This document shows, piece by piece, positions 24,056 to 36,800 of a stretch of 64,000 nt of DNA. The stretch is from Octopus vulgaris (taxonomy: Eukaryota), in NCBI GenBank assembly GCA_951406725.2, contig OX597827.1, forward strand, positions 68,944,001 to 69,008,000, written 5' to 3'. Numbering within the stretch: the first letter of the stretch is position 1; each line of letters starts with the position of its first letter. The position numbers and the translations under genes are program-made. Under the pieces are notes generated by a model, which worked only from the letters and a program-made list of their open reading frames with translations, had not been told where the DNA came from and searched no databases.

Positions 24056-24871
24056 AGGTATGGGCACCAAACCGTTAATCGTTAATTAACGCAATTAACA
24101 TTTTTGTTAACGATTTAACTTCTAAGTTAACTTCGGAAATCATTATCGGATTAATTAACTTCCGTTACATTTAACTTCCGCTAACTCAAGTCAGCTTGAG
24201 TTCAAGTTGCAGAGACGACCTTTTGGCTCAAAGACTTGAAGTCCAAGAGCTTCGTCTACTGCAGCCTCTTGGTCGACGCACTTTTGACAGGCGTCGACAA
24301 AAAGTTTCAGACCTTTCTGGAGGATGAGGAATACCAGCTGACTGCGGCCTTCCCCCCCCCCCCCCCAGGTTTCGCCTCATCTGGTTGGATAAGTATGACA
24401 ACACCAAGGTCGCCATGGTGGTGAAAAGCATGGGCGGGTAAGGTCGAGGAAACCATGAGGTAGCAGTCTGACGAAGGGGTCAGTAACAGTGGAGGCAGCA
24501 ACAACAAGGAGGAGGAGGACTTCTTCAGTAGTGTCACCCAGCCCAAAGTGAGCTACAGGTCACTCAAGGACAAGGCCCAGCATTTTGTCAAGACCTGGTT
24601 GGAGACCAACTCCAACGACTTGCTGAGGATGCCTTCTCCAAAGACAGATGATGATGCCTTCTTGGGTGGGCATGTGTTAGTGGACTTGTTCATCAAGTTT
24701 AACACAGCCACCCCCTCCAGTGCTGCAGTGAAGTGTTTGTTCTCTATGAGCAAGGACATCTTGAGGGCCAAGAGTTCATCTCTGTCTAATGAAAACTTTG
24801 ACATGCTAATTTTCATGAAGGGCAAAAAGTATCTCATGAACAGAATGGAGAACGAGACGAGGGAAAATTAA
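24056..24871 (+). mobile_element. Internally deleted hAT (Ac/Tol2-like) transposon with a transposase C-terminal relic
   Basis: The left end carries TTAAC/GTTAA subterminal repeats. It encodes ALLTGVDKKFQTFLEDEEYQLTAAF-(frameshift)-PRFRLIWL and the hAT dimerisation motif LFIKFNTATPSSAAVKCLFS...LSNENFDMLIFMK. A frameshift and a stop are present. Confidence 0.85.
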
Positions 24872-25196
24872 ATTATGTATATAACGTGTTTTTCATTTTT
24901 TTAATTATTTTACGGCCACCTCAAACTTTTTTAGTTTAATACTAATATTGTGTTTCATCTGAGTTCTTTTTTTTTAACCTTTTTCTGGCCCTAAAAGCTT
25001 TTAAAATCTAAGAAAGGGTCAAAAGTATGAAATTAGCCCTTTTTAACTGTAAACCAAAAAAGAAAAAAAACGATAGTTTTTTTTTTTGTTTTTTTTGTTC
25101 TGAAGCCCTTAAAAGGGTCAGAAAAGACATTCCCGTCGGTGTCTAGAGTTTTTCCAAGAACGTAGCTACTTTTCCCGACTAACTAGCCCTCTGTAG

Positions 25197-25739
25197 TAAG
25201 GGGTCACCAATGTTTTTTTTCTTTGGACTACGAACTGGTTTTGTGGAAGATAATTTTTTCAACAGATCGAGGGATCACGCGCATAACAAAACACGAAATA
25301 AAGTGCCATTTGTATAATTTTATTACACGAGCTCGATTTCTGTGCGTTATGTTCTTGAGCAAGACACTTTATTTCACATTGCTCCAGTTCCCTCAGCCGT
25401 AGGAACGAGTTGCGATATCACTGGTGCCAAGCTGTATCGGCCTTTGCCTTTCCTTTGGATAACATCGGTGGTGTAGAGACGGGAGGCTGGTGTGCATGGG
25501 CAACTGCTGGTCTTCCATAAACAAACTTGCCCGGACTTGTGCCTCGGAGGGTAACTTTCCAGGTGCAATCCCATGGTCATTCATGACCGAAAGGAGGTCC
25601 TTTATCTTTACTCTTTAACACAAATATAATGCAAAAACAACCAGCAAACTGTGATAGTCAATAACATAGAAATAAAAGTTATTCTTTCTGAGCGGCCAGG
25701 TGCCAACTGGTCAGTGTCCCGATGGTCGGGAACCCTCTG
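25197..25739. mobile_element. hAT MITE containing a truncated family D SINE
   Basis: TSD-like CTCTGTAG/CTCTGGAG. Ends are TAAGGGGTCACC and GGGAACCCTCTG. Confidence 0.55.
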
Positions 25740-26844
25740 CTCTGGAGAAAAATAATGCAAATGAGAGTCCTACCGGCCACATTACCCGATTGGTGATGAT
25801 AGAAAGTAGATTAATGATAGAAAGAGATTGAAGAAAGCCAAGCGACTACCTCATCGCTTCATGCGCAAAATCTGGCCAACCGAATGTCAAGTGAGGGAAA
25901 TGGAAAACTGTATAGGCTAAATCCACAACACATTCCATACAAACTGAAAATCCAACACACACACACACACGACATTTAGTGTAATCATTAACGCATTAGT
26001 ATTATAGATTTGCCGATATGAAAGGATTAATCGAAATACTATAATAGTAACAATAACAGTGAAACTGCAGCTATTAAACTAAACCATCTTACTGGCAGCC
26101 AGCCATATTGCGCACACGATCTAATTAAATGTAAAAGAAATATTCAGTTTAACAAAAACGATTGTAGTCTCTACATCGTTCTTCGACCTGTTAGAAATGG
26201 CAGCCAAACATTCAAAATCATATCTTATTGCCTTGAAAAAAGAATTACACTTTGGATAAGTTTCATTTTAAATGACCTCATCGCGATTTTTTTTTTAATG
26301 TTTGACATTGAATTATCTTTTATTTTTTTTATTTTAAAAAATGCTGATATAAAACGCTTCATCATTGTCCATACGAAGAATATTCCTAATGTTCATTTCC
26401 TATACGGCGAATTTCCTGGACACGCCTAGAACTTGACTGGTGCTTAACCTGTCATTTAATCTCTGTAACATAACGCAACAAAGTGTTTCCTTGATGATCT
26501 GTAGTGGTTAAGCATCCAATTGCAGAAACACCCAATAATGTATATAGTTTTAAACGACCACAACGGTGAAACGTACGCAAGAAACAGCTGATACAGACTA
26601 GAGACTATCACAATTTTTGTTTGCCCTACATTTGCTCTGTGTCCTATAACCAGTAATACTACTTAATATAAAAGTAACCTAAGCACTATACTCGAAGACA
26701 GGATGGAGCTTTAAACTCAACAGTAACAGTCGTACATATGATCTTGCACACAAGATATACTACACACGTGCGACGGATTTCTTTTCAGTTTCCGTCTAAC
26801 AAATCCACTTACAAGGCTTTGGTCGGACTGGGGTTATATACGCT

Positions 26845-27191
26845 TTTCTTCTTTTACTTGTTTCTGTCATCTGACTGCGACCATGATGAAGCACCGCCCT
26901 AAAGGGTTTTTAAGTCGAAGAAATCGACCCCCAGGATTTATTCTTAGTAAGCCTAGTACTTATTCCATCGGTCTCTTTTGTCAAACCACTAAGTTATGGG
27001 GACGTAAACACACCAACATCGGTCATCAAGCAATGGTGGGAGTGGGGAAAGACAAACACACACACACATATATATATATATATAATTTAAATAATAAGGG
27101 TGAAAAATTTAATATTAATTTGATTAATATCAATTTAAACCAGTGGCCTAGCATATTAAAATCTGAAGATTCAGAAAAATTATAAATAAAA

Positions 27192-27225
<34 letters not shown>

Positions 27226-27390
27226 GGTGAGCTTCTTTTAGTTTCCGTCTACCAAATCCGCTCATAAAGCTTTGGTCGGACCAGGGGTTATAGGAAGAAG
27301 ACACTTGGCCAACGTGCCGCGCAGTAGGACTGAACCCAAGACCGCGTCGTTGACAAACAAGTTTCCTTGCGCACGCACACAACCCTATGC
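26845..27390 (-). mobile_element. SINE family A with an AT-rich internal insert
   Basis: Tail and head match family A. Confidence 0.75.
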
Positions 27391-28309
27391 GTTGTGACAA
27401 TGCAAACAAAATGAAGACAAAACTATAACTAGGTCAATTATATACATTCTTCACACGAAGAAGTGCTGCACATGTGACACACACTGTACTATGTGCAGTG
27501 TTTGCAAAAAAAAATAATAATAAAAAAAAACACGGCAAATACAACTAAATGCTGCTATGTGCAATTAATAGCCACGTATATAAATAGCTAATTATAACAA
27601 CATAAACATGGATAAGGAATTTACGGGTGAGAAGAGTGAACGGGATGAGGACGGAGAAAGGAAGTGACAAACAGAAAGTTTAGACGTGTACGAAGACAAA
27701 AGTACAGACAAATAGTAAGCCAAGCCTCACTCACTTTACCACTGACAAAAGAAAATATTTTGGTTCCCTCACGCACCGCTTTATTACAATGAGAAGAGAC
27801 ACAAAAGACTACTGCATCCATATTCTTTCTTCCTTTATCGGTTTCAGTCACTAGACTGCGACCATGCTGGGGCACCGCCTTTAAGAACATTTTAGTTGAA
27901 TGAACCGACCCCAACACTTAATTTTGGTTTTTAAAACCCGGTACTTACCCTTATTTCTTTATTGTCCACAAGGGGCTAAACATAGAGGGAACAAACAAGG
28001 ACATTAAGTCGATTACATCGACACCAGTGCGTAACTGGTACTTAATTTATCGACCCCGAAAGGATGAAAGGCAAAGTGATCGGACAAGAACCGGTGCTTT
28101 CAACGTGATATGGCCGGTACTTATTCTACTGGTCTCTTGTTACTGAACCGCTAAGTTACAGGGACGTAAACAAACCACACCGGTTGTTAAGCAGTGGTAG
28201 GAAACAAACACGCGCCCGACACACACAAAGGCGACGGGCTTCTTGCGGTTTCCGTCTACCAAATCCATTCACAAGGCTTTTAGTCCGATGAATCACGCTG
28301 ATTCTAGAC

Positions 28310-28460
28310 TGGACTTGGACAAACTTTTTCGGAACTCGGGCCGCATGAGGCACGTTTCATCATCAAACGAGTCACAGTGCTAAAATGAAAAAAATAAAGG
28401 TAAATTTTTGTTAAGTGTGCCACTCATAAAGTCCTACGGGCCGCAGGTTGTCCATGATAG
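28310..28460. mobile_element. Short hAT MITE
   Basis: TSD-like TTCTAGAC/CTTTAGAC, GGACAAAC...GTTGTCC ends, and GGGCCGCA subterminal motifs. Confidence 0.6.
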
Positions 28461-28468
28461 CTTTAGAC

Positions 28469-28960
28469 CGGTGGTTCCCAAACATTTTCGGGCTGCTACC
28501 CCCTTGGCACTCGGGCTACATTCTTAGTACCCCCACCACTACCATAGACCACTTTCTGTAACAAATTCAAAACAACTATTTCACAAATAAAACTTAACCC
28601 ATTATTTTGTAGTTTTTACATCCATCGCCCCCACCCCTTTTGGCTACCCCATAATCACCCCACTTTTCTTCAATTGCCCACCACCCCGATCTTTCCATCG
28701 CCACTAGGATGGCCGTACCGCTAGGAGAAAGTAAAGTCTTCAGTGTGAGTATGAGGTTTGTGGGGTCGACGGCGTCCTCCGCTTCATTTTTTGTAAATCA
28801 CTCATTCTCATTTAATTGTATACATTTTAATTGTTTGCTTATTCGTAAGTTTCGTCTCATTCGATACCCTGACCCCAATGATTGTTTTGTCTGTCCTCGT
28901 ATCGTCCCCTCTTTTTCTCAACCTCGTGGTTAATAAAGAAATTGACTTTGGGAACCACTG
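28469..28960. mobile_element. hAT (Charlie-like) MITE
   Basis: TIRs CGGTGGTTCCCAAA / TTTGGGAACCACTG and TSD CTTTAGAC/CTTCAGAC. Confidence 0.8.
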
Positions 28961-29420
28961 CTTCAGACTCAGAGCCTACAGAATTGGCTGCACAGAAGAT
29001 GAAGGGACCAGTAAAACAACGAGATAATGTAACACTTGGAAGAACTGGGTTAAGTGTGTTTGGAGATGAGGAAAATACTGAGAAGAAGGTCACAGGGATT
29101 TTCGTTCCTTTTGAAGGAGAGGAGTGTAGGAGTGGAGACTAAGAATAAAAGGGCGATTGGGGGTGGATAGCAGGCGGTTGCGAAACAGGGTGTGCTCGAA
29201 CAATGGAGCACACATTATGGGAAGTGGAAATAGAGGGTATATCAATTACGAGAAGGTTGATGAGTGTGACACTGAGTACAATAATACAAGTGGAGGATAG
29301 GCCTCAATAGAGAACAGAGTCAGCCATATGTAAGAGTACACATGTAAGAATAACAAAAATAATGGTGCATTTGTTTCAACTTTGTAATGATGTCTGACGT
29401 TTTGCTACAGAAGCAGCAGT

Positions 29421-29762
29421 GGGGGCGCAATGGCCCAGTGGTTAGGGCAGCGAACTCGCGGTTGGAGGATCGCGGTTTCAATTCCCAGACCGGGCGTTGT
29501 GTGTGTTTATTGAGCGAAAACACCCAAAGCTCCACGAGGCTCCGGCACAGGGTGGTGGCGACCCCTGTTGTACTCTTTCGCTCCAACTTTCTCTCATTCT
29601 TTCTTCCTGTTTCTTGTCTCCGGCTTCCTACGCAACCGCTGATGCACTCGGTGTCGGGGGGGGGCTGACCTGCTTTCTCTTCTGCGGGTCTTACGAATAG
29701 CAAAGGACCACGTTTCGGACTTCTCAGAAGACCGCTTCGCTCAACAAACAAACAAACAAACA
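29421..29762 (+). mobile_element. SINE family C with (AAAC)n tail
   Basis: Head is shared with the copies at 17413 and 58094. Confidence 0.8.
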
Positions 29763-30659
29763 GAAGCAGAAGAGACGGGGGGGGGGGAATATGAAAAGGA
29801 GATAGTGTGAGTGAGATGAGAGAAAGATGAAGTGTGAGTGAGATGAGAGAAAGATGAAGAGTAGGTTTGTAGTAGAAAAAATAATGTGGTGAGGTGTCGA
29901 AAGAAACAGATGTCCTTTATATGTTTCAGTCATAAGACAGCAACCAAGCTGGAGCGTTAGCTTGAAGGGCTTTAAGAGAACAAATCGACCGCAATACTTA
30001 TGAGGTTTTTTTTTGGGGGGGGGGGGTTATAGCCTGATACTTATTCTATCGGAATACTAGGCTTACATTACAAAGAATAAGTCCTGGGGTCGATTTGCTC
30101 GACTAAAGGCGGTGCTCCAGCATGGCCGCAGTCAAATGACTGAAACAAGTAAAAGAGTAAAAGAGAACCACTTTAAAATGGGCAGGACACATTGGACACA
30201 ACTGGGATGCCTTCCAGAATAGGTCTACTCAATCAAGACTAACCAATCAAATACTGTAAGTTTAATTAAATTAATTTGCACGCACTCCCACTCTCCACAG
30301 AAACGTTAGAACGTTAGAAAGGATAACCAGCCGTGTGGGGGCAGACTTTCAATTCTTCTAGAGTCAGTAAATGTACCAGTCAAATACTGGTTTGATATAA
30401 TTGACCTATACCGTCCCTTCAAATGCTCATGGTTCAAATGCTGCCAAGATAAACTTGACCTTCCGTTTTTGTTTTTAATAGTACAGCCCACCTGATGAAA
30501 GGGTTATGTCTCAGTGACACGCTTCTCGAAAACAACTGCTCATGTTTGGTTTAGATGCTGCCAAGATAAACTTTACTACTAAAATCGGTAAGATGAAGGG
30601 CCAGTGAAATACTGCGGATCAATATAATCAACCTATACTCTCCTTCAAAAAGTTGTACT

Positions 30660-30775
30660 CGTGAGTGAGTGAGTGAGTGAGTGAGCGTGAGAGAGTGCGT
30701 AAGTGTATGTGTGAGAGAGAGCGAGTGTGAGAGAATGTGTGTGAGAGAGAATGTGTGTGAGAGCGTGAGAGAGAG

Positions 30776-30830
<55 letters not shown>

Positions 30831-31130
30831 GCGTGCGAGAGAGTGTGAGATAGGGGAATGAGAGAGCGTGAACGTTGTGAGAGTGAGTGAGTGAAAGTGA
30901 GTTTGAGAATGAGTGTGACAGTGAGTGAGCAAGTGTGAAAGTGAGTAAGCGAGTGTGAGAGTGAGTGAACGTGTGAAAGTGTGGGAGAGCGCGAGAGAGT
31001 TTGCGAGCGAGAGAGAGAGAGCGAGAAAGAGAGAAAGTGCAAGAGAGAGAGTGTGAGAGAGAGAGAGAGAGAGAGTGAGAGAGAGAGTGTGAAAGAGAGA
31101 GAGAATGTGGTGTGTGTGTGAGTGAGTGAG
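30660..31130. repeat. Compound GTGA/GT/GA microsatellite
   Basis: Seen directly in the sequence. Confidence 0.9.
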
Positions 31131-32714
31131 TTCAAATCCTGTTGAGATCCCCGAGTTGGCCCTTCACCTCCCCAGGGAGTAGATAAAAGAAATCAGGAAC
31201 CAGCAGAGCTCCGAAGTCTGATATAACCAACTGTCCCCTTGTCCCTTGCTCAGAAATTTTGTAGCCTTTGCTCTTATCTATATTAGAAAACATTATTCAG
31301 AATCAGATATGTTATTCCTCTTTCAGGGGGCTAAGGTTAAGCTAGGGGGAGACTAAAGATAGAAATGATAAGGAACAAGGGGAGAAAAAAAGAATTAGGT
31401 CATACAATAGGGGCAACAGGAATGGAAGGAAGAAGGGCATTAGGGAGTGGGCTGCAAACCAGACATTATAATTGGTTTAGTTCCTTCAATAAAAAATAGT
31501 AAGGTTTGTGATGGTTTGGAAATAGGCTGGCACTGATTTATGATGTTGTCATTGTGGTAGTGGTGGTGGTCACTTGGCTGGGATGAATTACAAAATTCTG
31601 TGGTAATCCAGGGTTAAATTTAGGGCCATATTTTTAAGATTTTTTTTTTTTACATCTGCTCCCCGGATATTAATTACCTGGTTATCTGGAATGGTGAAAC
31701 TGACCTAAAAATTTGTGACATGTTTGTTGCTATTGTTGCTGTGTAGCTCCCAAACCCCTAGGGTGAACTATGATGGAGCAGACATAAATGATTAAAAAAA
31801 ATAATAAATGATTAAAAAAAAGCCTTCCAACCATAACCATCCTGTCTTTTTTTGGTATGTGATTTGAGTAAGATTTGGCTACTATTTTCAGTAGGTCCAG
31901 CGACTATGTAAAGGTTCTTTGTCAGCCTTGACTTGCAGGACAGTTGGACTGTGGTGGTAGTGGAGACAAACCTAGGGGTGATGGTAAAAAGGCCAGCAGC
32001 AGCAACGGAAGGAAATAGAGCAGATGAAAACGGGGGGGGGGTGGAAAAAGGAAGGAGGGCAGGAAGGATATGTATTAAGGAGAGAGCTTCAAAGAGGGCT
32101 AAAGGTGGGAGAAAGACAGGAACAGAGAAACAAAGAGAGAGAGAGAGAAAGGAAATCAGGAGAAAAGGGGAGGGGTATAAATGAGCGCCCAACCTCCACC
32201 CGGGGGAGGGGGACAACTTTACAAAAAATGTGGGGCTTATACACAATCATTAATGCAAACGTGTGTGTGTGTGTGGTTATACACATGCATGTATGCATCC
32301 ACAATATATCACCCACTATGTGATATATTTGTGTATGCATGATGTATGTGTGGTGTGTATGTATGTGTATAGTGTGCACATATGTGCACCCAGTATGTGA
32401 TATATCTGAATGCATGTAGAATGTGTGGTGTGTATGCGTGTAGTACATGCATGTGAATGTACACACTATTGTGTGTGTGTGTGTGTGTGTGTATGTGTGC
32501 GCACGTGCACACTTCCTATACACAAAGTGCTAAACCATATGTGCTTAATGCGCCAAACCAAACATGTGCTTGTAAGATGGTGTGCAAGTGGTAGAAGGGA
32601 AACCCTAGATGAAGAAGGGTGGAAAAATAAAATGAAAGCAGATATAGAAAGGAGGGAGAGAGAAGAGCCAGGAAGTAGAAAGCAACAAGCAGAAAGACAA
32701 AAGGAATAGAGAGA

Positions 32715-32838
32715 GTAGGCAGCACCCTATTTTGGGTCCACCAAAACAGACTAGGTTTGCAAATAACACACTCTAGGGTAGGCAGCACCCTATTTTGGGT
32801 CCACCAAAACAGACTGGGTTTGCAATAACACACTCTAA
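32715..32838. repeat. Two-unit tandem duplication of about 62 bp
   Basis: GTAGGCAGCACCCTATTTTGGGTCCACCAAAACAGACT.GGTTTGCAA.TAACACACTCTA occurs twice. Confidence 0.9.
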
Positions 32839-33407
32839 GAGAATGTTTCAGTGCCTGGAAGCATGTTGAACTATGTAAAACATTAGAGAAAGAAACCCAG
32901 ATTTTTTTTTCTTGCAATTAATATATCTAAAGCAAAATTTTTTTTTTTTTAAAGGACCCTTAAAATAATACAGTGGATCCCCAATTTGCTATTTTACCTG
33001 TGTGAAACCCCCCAAAATCTTATTTATTATTTCTTTACTGCCCACAAGGAGCTGCACACAGAGGGGACAAATAAGGACAGACAAACGGATTAAGTCGATT
33101 ATATCAGCCCCAGTGCATAACTGGTACTTATTTAATCGACCCCTGAAAGGATGGAAGGCAAAGTCAACTTCTAGGGGTTATACTGATCCTGGTTGAGGGA
33201 CACTAACAAATTTCTCTACTTTGACAGTAAAACACACACAGTTCCCATTTCCGTAAATTCTCTCCTTCAAGGAGGGAAAATGGCTGAAACATTACTAACC
33301 ACCACCCAACACCCATATCACCTTTCTTTCAAACGGATTTCGGACTTCCTCTCCTCCTGCTCCTCCTCTTCTCCCTTGCTTGTTTCAGCTAACAACAACA
33401 GCAGCCA

Positions 33408-33441
<34 letters not shown>

Positions 33442-34439
33442 CCATATGAATAAACCATTTGAATGTAGCAATGCTATCCTCCTCACTCCTCCTTCAGTGA
33501 ATGAGTAATTCTAAGCCTAATTGATATTGAATCATCTTCATCAACATCATCACTGTGATCACTTACAGCAACCAAAATCCCATCAGGCTTAGATTTACAT
33601 TTCACTCTCTCAGAGGGAGTCCATTTGAAGAAATACCAGATAGTACCAGCTGGATTCCATGTGGTGTTTAGTCACTTCCCTCAACATCGTTCTGAATTCA
33701 AATACACCAAGGGTACCCTCCCGGGTCAAGAAAATCCCTCAGCATTGCTCTGAGGGTGCCACTTTAGCATTCAATCTACCAGGCCATTTACACTTTAGCA
33801 TGTAATCTAACCTTAACCCTAAAACTGAACCTTAAATGCTAAGCTAACCCAGCTCAGTTCATTTCGCAGCATAGACTACAGACGCCCAAGTAGAGTAACA
33901 CCATTCTATGTTAAAACCCCACAAGGGTGAGTGCTTCTAGTCTTCAAAAGCTGATAAAATCTATCAACATTATTCTGAGTCCAAGTAACACCAAGCTTGA
34001 AAGTTTTCCATCCTTCAAGACCTGATGAAGTGACCTGCACTCATATACTGGGGTAGATAAAACTGACAACACCTCTCTGCATAAATATCTAACCTTGTAG
34101 CTTTGTTAGGAATCTTTTCTATTCAATTTCATTCATCCATACCAGTCAGAAGCCTTGTGGTATTTACTTTACATCCCTAGCTCCTGATGAGTGAAGAATG
34201 CAATCCGGTTTCAATTTTTGGTAGATGCAACTCTACTCACTGTGCTAATATCCTTGCAAAGGGTATGAACACCTTCTCTACTCATGTCTTCCTGTATCTG
34301 AAATTCTGTCCAATATAAAAATGCATGACAGACATCTGTCACTTCCAACAAAACAACAGCTACAGCATTGATCAAGAAGAGCCAGCACATGTGACTGTTT
34401 CATCATCACCTCAAGGCTTCAAAGTTCTTTGTATTGTTC

Positions 34440-34670
34440 ACTAACATCCTGGGAGGTGGAGAGCCGCATCACGTAAGCTCAGGTGTAGGCTATTTCTGTC
34501 CATGTGTAAAGTCTGATACCAAATTCTGCCAGCTCTCTCTTCAGTACATCCTTGAGACAGAGACTTGGTCATTCAATAGATTGAGCCCATTCTTTGAAAG
34601 CATTATGTTGAAGATAGTAAGATGTATAGTCCTGAGGGATCCTTGTAATGTAATCAGCCCATTAGAGACA
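34440..34670 (-). mobile_element. Ancient RTE-clade LINE ORF C-terminal relic
   Basis: The minus frame WADYITRIP...*PSLCLKDVLKRELAEFGI...WTEIA resembles the RTE pattern WAGHV.RM...RP..R.KD.LK.DL...I...WE..A. Confidence 0.5.
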
Positions 34671-35442
34671 TGAACTGTAGGGGGGGGGCAGTCGATTATA
34701 TTGACCCTACTACATAACTGGTAGTTAATGAAAGGCAAAGTCAACCCCACCGGCATTTGAACTCAGAAAGTGAAGACAGACCAAATACTACTAAGCATTT
34801 CGCCCAGCATGGATTCCACCAGCTTGCTGCTTCAATAATAATAAAAGATTCAAAAAAAAAAAAAAAAAGCCTCAGTGAATGATTTAATTGCAGAGAACAA
34901 GTTGAAGGTCAGAGTTCAACTGTTGTCATCATCTCTGTTTACTTTTTGACCTTTCATTTTGCAATAAAAGAGAGAGTGAGACAGCATTATTATTACTGGG
35001 ACAGAGTCCCATTGAGATTCAGCAGAATGCCAGACAAACTACCAGGTCAAATCCTGATGCCAATATATAATTGTCTATACACCCGCCTTCCAAACGTGTG
35101 GGTCTTGTGGCTAGAAATCATTCCAAACAGGCAGGAAAAAATCATTAAGAGATTTGGAAAAAATGCTTTATAGTATTTTTTCCCCTTTACAGTATTTTTC
35201 CCCCAGCTCTAATTCAACTTTTGTCCAGGTAAACTTTACTTTTCATCCTTCCAAGAAGAGACAAACAGTTAATGCAGCTAACTTTTCATTAATGACCAGG
35301 GACGAAGGCCTTAGTTGTCTGCACCTACAAGTGTGGCTGTCTCTCCACTATAGGGTGTTAAATAGGATCCAAGCCTGGACAGCTTGGAGAAGAGGACAGG
35401 TTGCTGTCCATGCAGAGTGTCTCCCTCTTTATAGATCTAAAG

Positions 35443-35661
35443 CAGTGGTTTTCAACCAGGGTTCCGCAGAACCTTAGGGTTCCGCCAGTACAGTCCAGGG
35501 GTTCCGCAAGAAGTTACAAAACTGCAAAAATCGGCAGTAGTTTATAATTCTCCTGTGCAGATATGTGTGCATAAGACTATTAAATTATTGCGCAGGGGTT
35601 CCTCGAGCCAGTGGAATGTTTCCTTGGGGTTCTGCTTGAGCAAAAAGTTTGAAAAGCACTG
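35443..35661. mobile_element. hAT (Charlie-like) MITE
   Basis: Perfect 8-bp TSD ATCTAAAG, TIRs CAGTGGTTTTCAA / TTGAAAAGCACTG, and GGGTTCC subterminal repeats. Confidence 0.9.
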
Positions 35662-35862
35662 ATCTAAAGGAATGACATGGCCATTACAATTTGGTATCAG
35701 CATCTCCACAGAAGTTGCCAGATCAAAGTTGTGGACAAGATCAAACTGCCTCAAGAACCCCAACACTTGATTTTCCACAGGGAGTAGTTCAGGAGTTCCA
35801 GGGTTTTGAGAACCACCTCTTAGCCACAATTGTTCGCAGGTCTATACAAAACATTATTTAAA

Positions 35863-36095
35863 GGCGGCGAGCTGGCAGAAATGTTAGCACGCTAGGAGAA
35901 ATGCTCAGTGGCATTTTGTCTGCCGCTACGTTCTGAGTTCAAATTCCGCCGAGGTCAACTTTGCCTTTCATCCTTTCGAGGTCGAGTAAATAAGTACCAG
36001 TTACGCACTGGGGTCGATATAATCGACTTAATCCGTTTGTCTGTCCTTGTTTGTCCTCTCTGTGTGTAGCCCCTTGTGGGTAGTAAAGAAATAGG
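35863..36095 (+). mobile_element. SINE family B, full length
   Basis: Head, core and tail are intact. Confidence 0.9.
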
Positions 36096-36476
36096 TTTAT
36101 TCTGACTCAGAATATGTAGCACCTATCAAGGTTCTAGCTATGAGTTGATTAGCAAATCAGTAAATGGAGCTCATCTGCTTGGAAAATCCTAATTCCAAAC
36201 TTTGACTGCCTTGTGGCTCTTATCCAGCCATGAGAAAAGGTTCTTGGATCCAAAATAATGTTTGTGTTGTTTCCAAAAAAAAAAAAATACCCAAAAGAAA
36301 AAAAAAACAAACACAAAGAATTTATATATGCAAAATATACCAGATGATGCACAGTAATCAAACTGTTGAATGGAGCTATTTTTGAAAGCTAGACAATTAG
36401 TACAAAGGTCAGGGTTATTAATACTTTGAAGTATTAATATCAACAATCCACAATAAAATTACCTTACATATATATA

Positions 36477-36800
36477 GGCGCAGGAGTGGCTGTGTGGTAA
36501 GTAGCTTGCTTACCAACCACATGGTTCTGGGTTCAGTCCCACTGCATGGCACCTTGGACAAGTGTCTTCAGCTATAGCCTCGGGCTGACCAAAGCCTTGT
36601 GAGCTGTAGAAATGAGTTGCAGCGTCATTAGTACCAAGCTGTATCAGCCTTTGCCTTTCCCTTGGACAACATCAGTGGCATGGAGAGGAGAGATTGGTAT
36701 GGGCAATTGCTGGTCTTCCATAAACAACCTTGCCTGGACTTGTGCCTCAAAGGGGAACTTTCTAGGTGCAATCCCATGGTCATTCATGACCAAAGGAGGT
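36477..36800 (+). mobile_element. Chimeric SINE: family A head + family D tail
   Basis: Junction GCCTTGTGAG|CTGTAGAAATGAGTTGC at about 36603. Confidence 0.8.

Noticed and set aside
30485-30540. CTGATGA...GAAA as a hammerhead (also CTGATGA at about 34022 and 34184)
   Set aside because: There is no convincing stem II, stem I or NUH triplet.
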